Shown here: one piece after another, positions 9,564 to 17,970 of the stretch
Position numbering within the stretch: the first letter of the stretch is position 1
Layout of the letters: each line of letters opens with the position of its first letter
DNA from: Myxococcota bacterium
GTDB taxonomy: Bacteria; Myxococcota_A; UBA796; GCA-2862545
Direction of reading: 5' to 3'
Assembly: GCA_039208735.1 (NCBI GenBank)
Contig: JBCCQY010000079.1
Span: 1 to 38,642, forward strand
Length of the DNA stretch: 38,642 nucleotides
The notes under the pieces: model-generated
Seen by the model: the letters and a program-made list of their open reading frames with translations, nothing else
The model's database searches: none
Told to the model about the DNA's origin: nothing
Translations under genes and position numbers: made by a program

Positions 9564-10201
9564 GCATGCTCGAGTGGCGGCCCTACCTCGCTCAGCGCGC
9601 GGGGTGGCCGCGCACCGGGCGACACATCCTGGCGCAGTACGACGACGAAAGCGTGATCGTGTACCAAGCCTACCGGGCGGCCATCGCCGATTGGGCGATC
9701 GCGCACCAGCAGTTCGGGGGCCCATGGAAGTTCGACCGCATGAGCTGGATCAAGCCGAACTTCCTCTGGATGATGTACCGCTGCGGATGGGCGACCAAAC
9801 GCGATCAAGAACGCGTGCTCGCGATTCGAATGGCCCGGGACGGCTTCGAGACCATCCTGGCCCAGGCCGTCGAGACCCGACACCGTCCCGATGCCACGGG
9901 ATGGTCGGTCCAGGAGTACGAAACCGCAGGAAAGCGAACCGAGGTGCGGATGCAGTGGGACCCCGACCACAATCCGACGGGAGCCCCCACGGAACGGCGG
10001 GCGATTCAGCTCGGTCTTCGGCGTGCCACCCTACGGCAGTTCGCTACGGACTGGATCCACGAGATCTTCGACATCACCCCCGAGGTTCAAGCGCATCACG
10101 CAAACGCCACGCCCTCTCGCTACGAAGCGCTGCAGACCCCATTCGAGCGGCCCTACACCCCTCGATACCCCGCCGTCCGGACCCGCCTTCGACTGGCTTA
10201 G
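9560..10201 (+). CDS. DUF4291 domain protein
   Basis: ILAQYDDESVIVYQAY, RMSWIKPNFLWMMYRCGWATK..QERVLAI, VRMQWDPDH, RRAIQLGLR. Confidence 0.88.
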   Translation: MSMLEWRPYLAQRAGWPRTGRHILAQYDDESVIVYQAYRAAIADWAIAHQQFGGPWKFDRMSWIKPNFLWMMYRCGWATKRDQERVLAIRMARDGFETILAQAVETRHRPDATGWSVQEYETAGKRTEVRMQWDPDHNPTGAPTERRAIQLGLRRATLRQFATDWIHEIFDITPEVQAHHANATPSRYEALQTPFERPYTPRYPAVRTRLRLA

Positions 10202-10998
10202 TGAGAGCGTCGCCGATCCGCGATTCGGCGGACCTTCACCGCTCGGGACTTGAGACGCGACAGCCCTTCCTTGTCGGCTTTCGCTTTCACGACTTCGCAC
10301 AGCCCCAACGCCGTGATGTAGTGCCCGTCTGCGCGGTGCTGCAGCTTCATCGCATAGAACTCTCGCTGATTCTTCGCGAGGTAGGTGGGAATGCTGGAGT
10401 CAGCCAGCGAGTCGCCCAGCCCGATGTACGCCTCCGCCAGTGACAATTGAGCTTCGGCCTTCCATCGCTTCTCGATCTGATCGTCAGCAACGATGTCCTC
10501 CACGGTTTGCTTGAGAAGCTCAAAGGTCTCGGTCTTTTCCTGGAGCAACGTACGCAACAATCCGTCTTGGGCCTGAACGTCGAGTCCTTCGAGGTCTGGA
10601 TCCATCTGCACCGCGTCGAATGCATCGTGCTGTTGTTCCAGCTCTTCGATGACCAACGGCACGGGCGCCGCGGGATGGGGGGTCTCGGGTCCGGGAAGCG
10701 GATTCGGCCACAGAGCCAACACCACGACACACACCGTCACCAACGCGAGCAATCCCGTGGCCAGGCTCCGCCAGGGGTGAGCCTCTTCGCCTTGCTCTAG
10801 GGCCAATGCCCACTGGGCATCCAACGTGGCAGTTTGATTCACGAAGTCCTCCTGTTGTTGGTCAAGCGCAAACTCCGCGGCTCGAAAGGCTTCCACCAAG
10901 GCGGCGCATTCCGGGCAGCAGGCCAAATGAGGGCGCAGCGACTCGAGGTCATCGAGATCGATCTCGAGCAGACGCTGCCGAACCTCGCGACAGTTCAT
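10198..10998 (-). CDS. Putative zinc-binding (zf-HC2) transmembrane anti-sigma factor
   Basis: N-terminal C...HLACCPEC, one TM helix (LATGLLALVTVCVVVLALW), Pro-rich linker, helical outer domain; ATGA-coupled to the ECF sigma. Confidence 0.8.
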   Translation of the reverse strand: MNCREVRQRLLEIDLDDLESLRPHLACCPECAALVEAFRAAEFALDQQQEDFVNQTATLDAQWALALEQGEEAHPWRSLATGLLALVTVCVVVLALWPNPLPGPETPHPAAPVPLVIEELEQQHDAFDAVQMDPDLEGLDVQAQDGLLRTLLQEKTETFELLKQTVEDIVADDQIEKRWKAEAQLSLAEAYIGLGDSLADSSIPTYLAKNQREFYAMKLQHRADGHYITALGLCEVVKAKADKEGLSRLKSRAVKVRRIADRRRSH

Positions 10999-11552
10999 GC
11001 TTCCCTCACCAAAGCCACGTGTTCGTCCGTGAGATGTTGGCGGATGGCTCGGCGAGCCGCATGCAGTTGGGCACGCACCGCCCCCGGCGTAAGGCCGAGT
11101 TCCCGAGCCACATCCGCCGCGGCACGACCCTGAAGGTCCACCTGATCGAAGATCTCGCGCTGCCGCGGCGACAGTTCGCGGAAGGCGACGTTCACCAATT
11201 CGGCGGCCATCGTGAGATCAAGCGCCCGGTCAGGCCGATCGCTCGTCTTCGACTCGGTGAGGGGGTCGTGAACCTCTCGCTCCTCGGTCCGCCGTCGCCG
11301 CGCCAACTCGCTGATGGACGCGTTGCGCACCAGTGTTTTGAGCCAGGGTCCAAAAGGACGGTCGGGATCCGCCTTGCCGATGAACCGCACGAGGCGGATG
11401 AGAGACTCCTGAACCGCATCCTCCGCGACCCCAGCTTCTCCGCAGAAGACCCACGCCCATCGCCGAATCTTGGGAATCCACCGGTCGACGATGCGCCGCA
11501 GCGCATCACGATCCCCGCGGGTTTCCCGTTTCAGCTCGGCCTGAACATCCAT
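10995..11552 (-). CDS. ECF sigma-70 factor
   Basis: GDRDALRRIV, AEDAVQE, FGPWLKTLVRN, LSPRQREIF, region-4 HTH VARELGLTPGAVRAQLHAAR; start taken at ATG 11552. Confidence 0.9.
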   Translation of the reverse strand: MDVQAELKRETRGDRDALRRIVDRWIPKIRRWAWVFCGEAGVAEDAVQESLIRLVRFIGKADPDRPFGPWLKTLVRNASISELARRRRTEEREVHDPLTESKTSDRPDRALDLTMAAELVNVAFRELSPRQREIFDQVDLQGRAAADVARELGLTPGAVRAQLHAARRAIRQHLTDEHVALVREA

Positions 11553-11615
11553 CGTCTCGGGTACTCCGGCCCTCCTCAAAGCGTTTGGTCTCGAGGGTCA
11601 TTTCAAACCAACGCC

Positions 11616-13061
11616 TCAGCTACGAAGCTGGTAGCGGGCCAGCTTTCGCTTGAGGGTGTTGCGATCGATCTCGAGCAGCCGCGCAGCTTGCGAAAGGTTC
11701 CCTGCGGTGTGGGCCAGCGCCGCCTCAAGGCTCGCCCGTTCGACCTCGGCAACCGCTTCGGCCAGCGGTCGAGGAACTCCGTGAGACCGAGAGGGTCCTC
11801 GCACCGGCTCAAGTTCGAGGTCCCCGGGCCCCACCACGTCATCGACAAACACCGTCCAGCGAACCACCTCCGCCCGAAGCTGGCGAACGTTGCCTGGCCA
11901 TGGAGCCCGCATCAACCGCTGCATCGCCCCAGGTGCGACCGAAAGGGTCGACCCTCGCTCCGTCAAGAAATGGGCCACCAGCAAAGGCACATCGTCGGGT
12001 CGGTCGCGCAGGGGAGGCACGTGCAACCCTGCCCCTCGGAGCCGGTACAACAGATCCTCGCGGAAGGCCCCCTCGGCCACCATCGCATCGAGGTCCCGGT
12101 GGGTGGCGGAAAGCAGGCGCACGTCGGCATGGCGCGTCCGCTCCGCTCCCACCGGCCGGTACCGACCGTCCTGGAGCACCCGCAACAGGTGCGCTTGGAC
12201 CCGCATCGGCAGCTCGGCCACCTCATCGAGAAACAAGGTGCCGCCATGAGCCAGCGCAAACAACCCCTTACGGTCCCCTTGGGCGCCGGTAAACGCACCT
12301 CGAACATGCCCAAACAGCTCGCTCGCCAAGGTGCCCTCGGGAAACGCCCCTGCATTCTCCGCCACGAACGGCCCTTCACGCCGCGGACTGGCCTCGTGAA
12401 CCGCCCGCGCCACCAGATCTTTGCCTGTCCCGGTCTCACCAGTGATCAACACGGGCAAATCTGGACTGGCCGCCACCCGTTCGAGCCGGCGGGCCAGCTG
12501 CTGCATCGGCGCACTTTCACCGATGATCCCACTGGCCGACCGCCGGTGGGCGGCTCGAAGCCTCGCCACCTCCGATCGAAGGGCAACGATTCGCGGGAAT
12601 CCTTCGATATCGAGCGTGACTTCACGCACCGGATGCGGATGCGGATCGGGAACGAACGCGGGTGGAATCACCTGCAGCATGCGGGCATCGATCAAGCCCG
12701 CCTGCACCAAGATCACCCAGATGGTTTGGGCCTGAGGGGTGCCCGCGGAAAGCACCACATCGCTCCTTCCGGATCCGGCCACCGCATCGGCCACTGCGCC
12801 GAAGAGTTGGCGATGGTCCGACGGATCGGTCACCTGGAGCACGCGGCACCGCACCGGCCCCCCTAGCGCCTCCGTCAGGTCGCCCACCAAGTCCTGCGCA
12901 CGCTCCTCGCCCTGCGGCGTAGTGAGCACCGTGGCCCGATCGTACTCGACGTCTCGATGGGCCACGAGCCGCATCACCGGCCCTCGATCGTCGCCTCGGG
13001 GGCGAAGATGTGCGACCGACTTGCTGGACACCCCTCGATCCGACCACGTCCACAGCTCCAT
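11616..13061 (-). CDS. rtcR: RtcR-like sigma54-dependent activator (CARF-like N-terminus, AAA+, Fis-type HTH)
   Basis: Walker A GETGTGKD, SELFGHVRGAFTGA, LFLDEV, FREDLLYRL, WPGNVRQL, HTH QAARLLEIDRNTLKRKL. N-terminal LSAGTPQAQTIW resembles the RtcR CARF motif. AGGAGG precedes ATG 13061; divergent from rtcB. Confidence 0.82.
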   Translation of the reverse strand: MELWTWSDRGVSSKSVAHLRPRGDDRGPVMRLVAHRDVEYDRATVLTTPQGEERAQDLVGDLTEALGGPVRCRVLQVTDPSDHRQLFGAVADAVAGSGRSDVVLSAGTPQAQTIWVILVQAGLIDARMLQVIPPAFVPDPHPHPVREVTLDIEGFPRIVALRSEVARLRAAHRRSASGIIGESAPMQQLARRLERVAASPDLPVLITGETGTGKDLVARAVHEASPRREGPFVAENAGAFPEGTLASELFGHVRGAFTGAQGDRKGLFALAHGGTLFLDEVAELPMRVQAHLLRVLQDGRYRPVGAERTRHADVRLLSATHRDLDAMVAEGAFREDLLYRLRGAGLHVPPLRDRPDDVPLLVAHFLTERGSTLSVAPGAMQRLMRAPWPGNVRQLRAEVVRWTVFVDDVVGPGDLELEPVRGPSRSHGVPRPLAEAVAEVERASLEAALAHTAGNLSQAARLLEIDRNTLKRKLARYQLRS

Positions 13062-13062
13062 C

Positions 13063-13119
13063 GGCCGCCTCCTGGTGCAATCTGCACCACTCTGGTGCAG
13101 CGTACCCCACACCGGGGCG
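13063..13119. promoter_or_regulatory. Enhancer-binding-protein sites (UAS): perfect TGCACCA-N3-TGGTGCA plus two weaker copies at 20-bp spacing
   Basis: TGCACCACTCTGGTGCA at 13083-13099; perfect half-site TGGTGCA at 13073-13079; degenerate TACCCCACACCGGGGCG at 13103-13119. Confidence 0.7.
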
Positions 13120-13150
13120 GCTGGAGCCTGACGGCCACGCGCTGCAGAAC

Positions 13151-13165
13151 TGGCACGACGCTTGA
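13151..13165 (+). promoter_or_regulatory. Sigma54 -24/-12 promoter of the rtcB2-like gene
   Basis: TGGCAC-GACGC-TTGA versus consensus TGGCAC-N5-TTGC: correct spacing, one mismatch at -12, 30 nt upstream of the GTG start. Confidence 0.8.
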
Positions 13166-13195
13166 ACTACGCTTGGCGAGAACTTTGGAGTCTGC

Positions 13196-14380
13196 GTGCA
13201 CGACAAGGCCCGCCTGGTGACCAACGAACGCGTCTGGATGGATGGCAATGCACTGTCCCAGCTCGATGGGGTGGCCCGCGACCCCCACTGTGTGCAGGCG
13301 GTGGGGATGCCGGACCTCCACGGCGGCGCGGTAACGCCCATCGGAGCCGTGTTCGCCACCACTCACATCAGTCCTTCCCTCATTGGTGGCGACATCGGGT
13401 GCGGCGCGTGCTTCGTGCCCACCACGAAAAAACCTCCGTCCATCGACAAAGCCGACCGCAGGGTGCGATCTGCGTTCAGCCATACCGAAGAGACCGTCAT
13501 CGATCTCGGACGCGTCTGGGAGCACGGACTCACCGCACTGCCCGAGGACCTACACGACATCGTCGACGCGATGGGCTTCGATCGGTCTCCGGAGTCGGGC
13601 ATCGCGCTTCCGGAGGACCTCGCAAGTGACGGTTTTCGCAAGCAGATCGGAAGCATCGGGGGAGGCAACCACTTCGCAGAACTCGTCAAGGTCCACCGCA
13701 TCCACGACCGGGAGGTTGCTGCCGAACAGGGCATTGTGAGGGATCGCCTTGGCGTCCTGGTCCACTCGGGCTCGCGAGGCCTCGGCAAGGCGGTCGGTCG
13801 CCAATGGCCAGAGCGCTACCTCGACCCCGAACAAGAACTCGCCTACCTGGCCCAGATGCACGGAGCGATTCGGTTCGCCAAGGTGAATCGTTTGGTGCTC
13901 GTCGCTCGCATGCTTGAGGCCATCGGTGCATTTCGGCCCGACAAGCTCGGCCGGGGCATCGATGTGGTGCACAACGATGTTCAACGCGTGGAACTCGACG
14001 ATGCGCCGGTGTGGCTCCACCGCAAGGGCGCGGCTCCGGCCCGATCCGGCCAGCTCACCGTGGTGCTGGGCAGTCGAGGCGCCACCTCGTGGATTCTGCG
14101 CGGTACCGGCAGCGCCCACGGCTTGTGGTCCGTCGCCCACGGGGCCGGTCGTCGCATGACCCGCACCGAAGCCATGCAAAAGCTCAAGCACCGCTACAGT
14201 CGCTCCGAGGCGTCACGAAGCAAACTAGGCAGTCGCGTGGTCTGCCAGCGCAGCGAGGTGCTGTTCGAAGAGCATCCCGATGCCTACAAACCCGTCGAAC
14301 CCGTCGTCCAAGCCCTAATCGAGGCGGGCCTCGCCACCCCCGTCGCCGAGTTGACGCCCCTCATCACCGTGAAGACTTGA
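13196..14380 (+). CDS. rtcB: RNA ligase RtcB family, RtcB2 (PrfH-associated-type) clade
   Basis: MPDLH, GGDIGCG, GGGNHFAE, HSGSRG, VHN, HRKGA, AHGAGR, EEHPDAYK. N-terminal VWMDGNALSQL and SRSKLGSRVVC resemble RtcB2 rather than RtcB1, from memory of the family. Confidence 0.88.
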   Translation: MHDKARLVTNERVWMDGNALSQLDGVARDPHCVQAVGMPDLHGGAVTPIGAVFATTHISPSLIGGDIGCGACFVPTTKKPPSIDKADRRVRSAFSHTEETVIDLGRVWEHGLTALPEDLHDIVDAMGFDRSPESGIALPEDLASDGFRKQIGSIGGGNHFAELVKVHRIHDREVAAEQGIVRDRLGVLVHSGSRGLGKAVGRQWPERYLDPEQELAYLAQMHGAIRFAKVNRLVLVARMLEAIGAFRPDKLGRGIDVVHNDVQRVELDDAPVWLHRKGAAPARSGQLTVVLGSRGATSWILRGTGSAHGLWSVAHGAGRRMTRTEAMQKLKHRYSRSEASRSKLGSRVVCQRSEVLFEEHPDAYKPVEPVVQALIEAGLATPVAELTPLITVKT

Positions 14381-15598
14381 CGCCTCTTCGCGAGGGTCGC
14401 GGGGCAACCGAACCACAAAGCAGGTTCCCTGTCCCACCTGGCTTTCAACCTCGACCGTACCGCCGAGCAGCTGGACAAACTCCCGTACGATGGTGAGGCC
14501 GAGGCCTGTGCCATCGAAGCGCCGCGTGTGTGAACCGTCGACCTGCACGAAAGGTTCGAACAACGAAGGAAGGTCGGCCTCGGGGATTCCAATCCCCTCG
14601 TCCTTCACCGCAAGTGCAACGCCACTTCCATCGGCCTCGGCGGTCAGCGCGACCACGCCTCCCTCGGTGAACTTGTTGGCGTTCGTGATGAGGTTTCGGA
14701 GGATCTGCCCCAGTTTGCCACGATCCGAGATGATCCGAAGCGACTCGTCACCGCGCACCACCAAGGCGTTGCCGTGCTTCTCGGCTAACGGCCGGTGGTC
14801 CAGAGCCAGCTGCCGCAACATCACGGCGATCCGGATTGGCTCGAGGTGAATCTCCATTTGGCCTGCTTCGATCTTAGAGAGATCCAATACGGCGTTGATT
14901 TGCCCCAATAGCAGCGTTCCCGCACGATGAATCCGATCGAGATCGGGCTGGGCGTCCGGATACTCCTCGATGAGCAGCTCGGCGTACCCCAAGATGACGT
15001 TCAGCGGCGTCCGAAGTTCGTGACTCATCACCGCCATGAACCGCTCCTGCGTTCGCAAGGCTTCGGTCGCCCGAGCCTCGGCCGCAGCGACCCGATGCAG
15101 TCGCCTTCGAAAGTCCCTCGCGATGACAGAAAGCACCAAAAACGCAGTGGGCACGAACACAATCGCGACGACCATTCCCTGCCCCAAGTCAGGGGGAAGC
15201 AGGTGAAAGGTGCGCAGACTGACGAACCCAATGCCCCAGGTACAGGCCACGCCGAGCAATGTCATCTCGAACGTACTGAGCAAGATGGAGCCGAAAATCC
15301 CCAACAACACCCAGCTTAGCGCGGCGGCCCCTGGTGACTCGAGCGTGGGCTGCGCACTAGACGCCCATCCCACCCCCATCGCGCACATCATGAGGTAGAG
15401 CCGGTCGGCCACCCATGGCCAGCGCAAGCCCCGCAGGGTGAGGCTCGCGATGCAGCCGGTGAGCCCCAGCACCACCCCGGGTACCGCCGGATGGCCTGGT
15501 TCCGTCAGCGTAATACCCACGGCAACCATCAACGAAGCCACTGCGCCGGCACTCATCGTGATCCAGGCAAACCGGTCTTCGAAACGGTCCTCCGGCAT
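14315..15598 (-). CDS. Membrane-bound sensor histidine kinase
   Basis: About six TM segments; H box MSHELRTPLN, N box NLITNANKFT, DEGIGI, FEPFVQ, GTGLGL. Confidence 0.92.
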   Translation of the reverse strand: MPEDRFEDRFAWITMSAGAVASLMVAVGITLTEPGHPAVPGVVLGLTGCIASLTLRGLRWPWVADRLYLMMCAMGVGWASSAQPTLESPGAAALSWVLLGIFGSILLSTFEMTLLGVACTWGIGFVSLRTFHLLPPDLGQGMVVAIVFVPTAFLVLSVIARDFRRRLHRVAAAEARATEALRTQERFMAVMSHELRTPLNVILGYAELLIEEYPDAQPDLDRIHRAGTLLLGQINAVLDLSKIEAGQMEIHLEPIRIAVMLRQLALDHRPLAEKHGNALVVRGDESLRIISDRGKLGQILRNLITNANKFTEGGVVALTAEADGSGVALAVKDEGIGIPEADLPSLFEPFVQVDGSHTRRFDGTGLGLTIVREFVQLLGGTVEVESQVGQGTCFVVRLPRDPREEASSLHGDEGRQLGDGGGEARLD

Positions 15599-15605
15599 GG
15601 TGACC

Positions 15606-16907
15606 CTAAACCGCGGGAGGAACGGGTTTCGTCACATGGACGGTGGCATGAGCGAGCGAAGCCGACGTGGTAAGCGCCCGCTTCGCCTCGATGCCAAAAT
15701 CGTTGTAGCCCAGGTGGATCCATTCAAGAGCGGACCATCCCGGACTCGCCGCGATCGCCAGGGCTGCGCGATCCCGAAGGTTCGTGGCGCGCAGGTCTAC
15801 CCGTCGCAGCCGCGGAGCCAACGGACCATTCGCCAGCGCCACGGCCGCCTCCGACCCGACTGCATTTCGCGACAACGAGAGTCGTTCGACCCCAAGTCCA
15901 ATGCCTTCCGCAAGCACTCGACCACCCCGAGGGCCGATTCCGTTCGCACCGAGATTGATGTGCTTCAAGGTCGTGGCAGAACGGTTGTCCGCGAGAGCAA
16001 GAGCCCCATCGTCGAGCAGGCCGCTCCGCTCGAGTTCGAGTCGGTTCAACCCTGAAATCCCCGCGAGGGCACGGGCCCCGCCAGGCCCCAATGGGTTGCC
16101 CCCCAGATCGAGCGAGCGCAACGCGGGGAGCGCCGCATCTCGAATCGCCACCGCTCCAGCCTCGTGGATCCCATCCGCAGTCAGGGCCAACGTCTCGAGC
16201 CGGCTAAGGTCGGCCGTGGTGAGAAGGGCGCGCAGCGTCGGAATCGACAGGGACATGCCCTGGACGTGAAGCGACTGGAGCCCCTCCACGAGGCGAGAGC
16301 CCACGATGGGGGCCAGCTCTTCGTCACCGGTGCGAGCCGAGAAGGGCACGTCGAGCCGAAAGTGCCGAACCGAAGCTAGATCTGCGTTGCCGGCCAGCGC
16401 GGCCAGCCCCTCGGTGCCGAACGCAGCATTGGACAGGTCGAGCTGAACGATTCCGTCAAGCCCCTGACACCGCGAGAGGGCCCGCAGGTCGCCCCGCCAC
16501 CCCAACCGCGAAAAGAGCACGCCCGTCGGATGCGCCGCCAAGGCGTCGAGAAACTGCACCTCGACCGCCTCGTTGCCCCACGAGCCCAGGTTGGCCCCGA
16601 GCACGAATCCGTGAACCCAGGACAGCTCGGCCCGCGGAGGGACCACGATGCCGTCTAGCCAACGCTGGGCGGGATCTCGCGCCGTTTCGAATGCCCGCAG
16701 CTCGGCCCGCCACGCGCGCTGTTCATCGACCGAGCCGCGCCCCGACTCAATGGCGTGGGCCAAGGCGATGCCCTGTCCGCGAGCGTCCCCACGTTCCGAG
16801 AGCCAGTCGGCAAACACCAACCAGGGCGACCAGTCGGCCTCGGTGCGATCGAGCGGATTGACGGGCTTGTGGCGCAAGGTGTGTCGCAACGTCGACACTG
16901 CGTCCAT
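15606..16907 (-). CDS. TIGR02996-like domain + leucine-rich-repeat protein
   Basis: WLVFADWLSERGDARG motif, then RNI-like LRRs (LRSLDLGGNPLGPGGARALA, LKHINLGANGIGPRGG); GGAGG before ATG 16907. Confidence 0.82.
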   Translation of the reverse strand: MDAVSTLRHTLRHKPVNPLDRTEADWSPWLVFADWLSERGDARGQGIALAHAIESGRGSVDEQRAWRAELRAFETARDPAQRWLDGIVVPPRAELSWVHGFVLGANLGSWGNEAVEVQFLDALAAHPTGVLFSRLGWRGDLRALSRCQGLDGIVQLDLSNAAFGTEGLAALAGNADLASVRHFRLDVPFSARTGDEELAPIVGSRLVEGLQSLHVQGMSLSIPTLRALLTTADLSRLETLALTADGIHEAGAVAIRDAALPALRSLDLGGNPLGPGGARALAGISGLNRLELERSGLLDDGALALADNRSATTLKHINLGANGIGPRGGRVLAEGIGLGVERLSLSRNAVGSEAAVALANGPLAPRLRRVDLRATNLRDRAALAIAASPGWSALEWIHLGYNDFGIEAKRALTTSASLAHATVHVTKPVPPAV

Positions 16908-16956
16908 GTTCCGCCTCCGACCCACTCCATTCCTTAACGCCACGTCCCCACCATGC

Positions 16957-17970
16957 TCAGGAGTTCGTGACCTGAACCAGCGTGCTCTCGCACACGTGCT
17001 TGGCCAGCTTGTCGACGGTGCGCTGCGTCAGCACGGTTCCCACCCCTGCGATCAATCGCCCGTTGATGCCAAGCACTCGTTGCACGAGGACCATCCCTTC
17101 CCGCAGGGCTCCGACGGCGAGCCGTCGCGGCCGGGCCCCCACGACCTTGGCCCAGGCAAACAACGAGAACGTGTCGTGCTGAAGCCACCCAGACCAATCG
17201 ACCGCAGCGGGCGGGGCCTTGGCCTCGCGGGGCAATCCCATGGCGAAGGTCATCCCGTGGCGCAGGGACTGCCGTTTGAGCGCACCGCCAACGGTGTTGG
17301 CCATTTCTTTGAGGGCATCGATGCGCAGCTCATGCGTTTCCGGCTCACCAAATACCGCCGTTCCGAACGGTCGACTCATCGAGTCCGCAACGAACAACCC
17401 AAATCGCAAAGCGAGATGCTGATCGGGAAGCGACAAGAGGACTTCGGCCGCCATCCCTTCGTCTCCAAGGGCTTGCGCACCTGCGGGCTGTGCTTTCATC
17501 TCGCCGGCCAACGCGGAGAGTTCGTGTGCAACCGACTCGGCAAGCTCGGCCTCACTGCCCAACATGGACAGACTGAAGGGCTGCCGATCCAAGACATCGC
17601 CAAGGGTGTATGCCCAACGGCGAATTCGGGTGATCGCCTCGATCCGCCCCACCACTTCTTCTGGGCTGGCCCCCCAAGCGAACAGGTCGTCCATGCCGCA
17701 ATCCCACGCCCGAGCCACCGCGTCACCGTGCATCATACGCAACGCCGCAATTCGGTAGACGTGGGATTCGACCCCGTCGAGCCACGGCAACCACTCTTCA
17801 ATGTAGGGGTCGGGAAGCACCGCAATGACGACATCTGGCGCGTCCGGCGTCAGCGACTGGACCAACGCATCTTCGTCGTCCACGCGCTGCACGTGGTGCC
17901 CGAGGGCCGTGAGAATTCGCCCAAGTCTGGGGCCTTCGCTGCTCTGGCGATCGATCAGTACGAGTTTCAT
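16957..17970 (-). CDS. Hybrid protein: atypical receiver domain + CheC/CheX-like domain + small C-terminal domain
   Basis: MKLVLIDRQ...PDVVIAV...AWDCGMDDLF (receiver-like, phospho-Asp not evident); DALKEMANTVGG (ExxN); LREGMVL...GRLI...GTVLT. ATGA-coupled to the CheY-like gene. Confidence 0.65.
   Translation of the reverse strand: MKLVLIDRQSSEGPRLGRILTALGHHVQRVDDEDALVQSLTPDAPDVVIAVLPDPYIEEWLPWLDGVESHVYRIAALRMMHGDAVARAWDCGMDDLFAWGASPEEVVGRIEAITRIRRWAYTLGDVLDRQPFSLSMLGSEAELAESVAHELSALAGEMKAQPAGAQALGDEGMAAEVLLSLPDQHLALRFGLFVADSMSRPFGTAVFGEPETHELRIDALKEMANTVGGALKRQSLRHGMTFAMGLPREAKAPPAAVDWSGWLQHDTFSLFAWAKVVGARPRRLAVGALREGMVLVQRVLGINGRLIAGVGTVLTQRTVDKLAKHVCESTLVQVTNS

Noticed and set aside
10806..12866. 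686-aa plus-strand ORF, and similar long ORFs at 1443-2813, 7090-8388, 8235-9725, 16648-17994, 23480-25021, 28001-29251 and 37264-38394
   Set aside because: Antisense shadows of well-supported genes in GC-rich DNA; no recognisable motifs.
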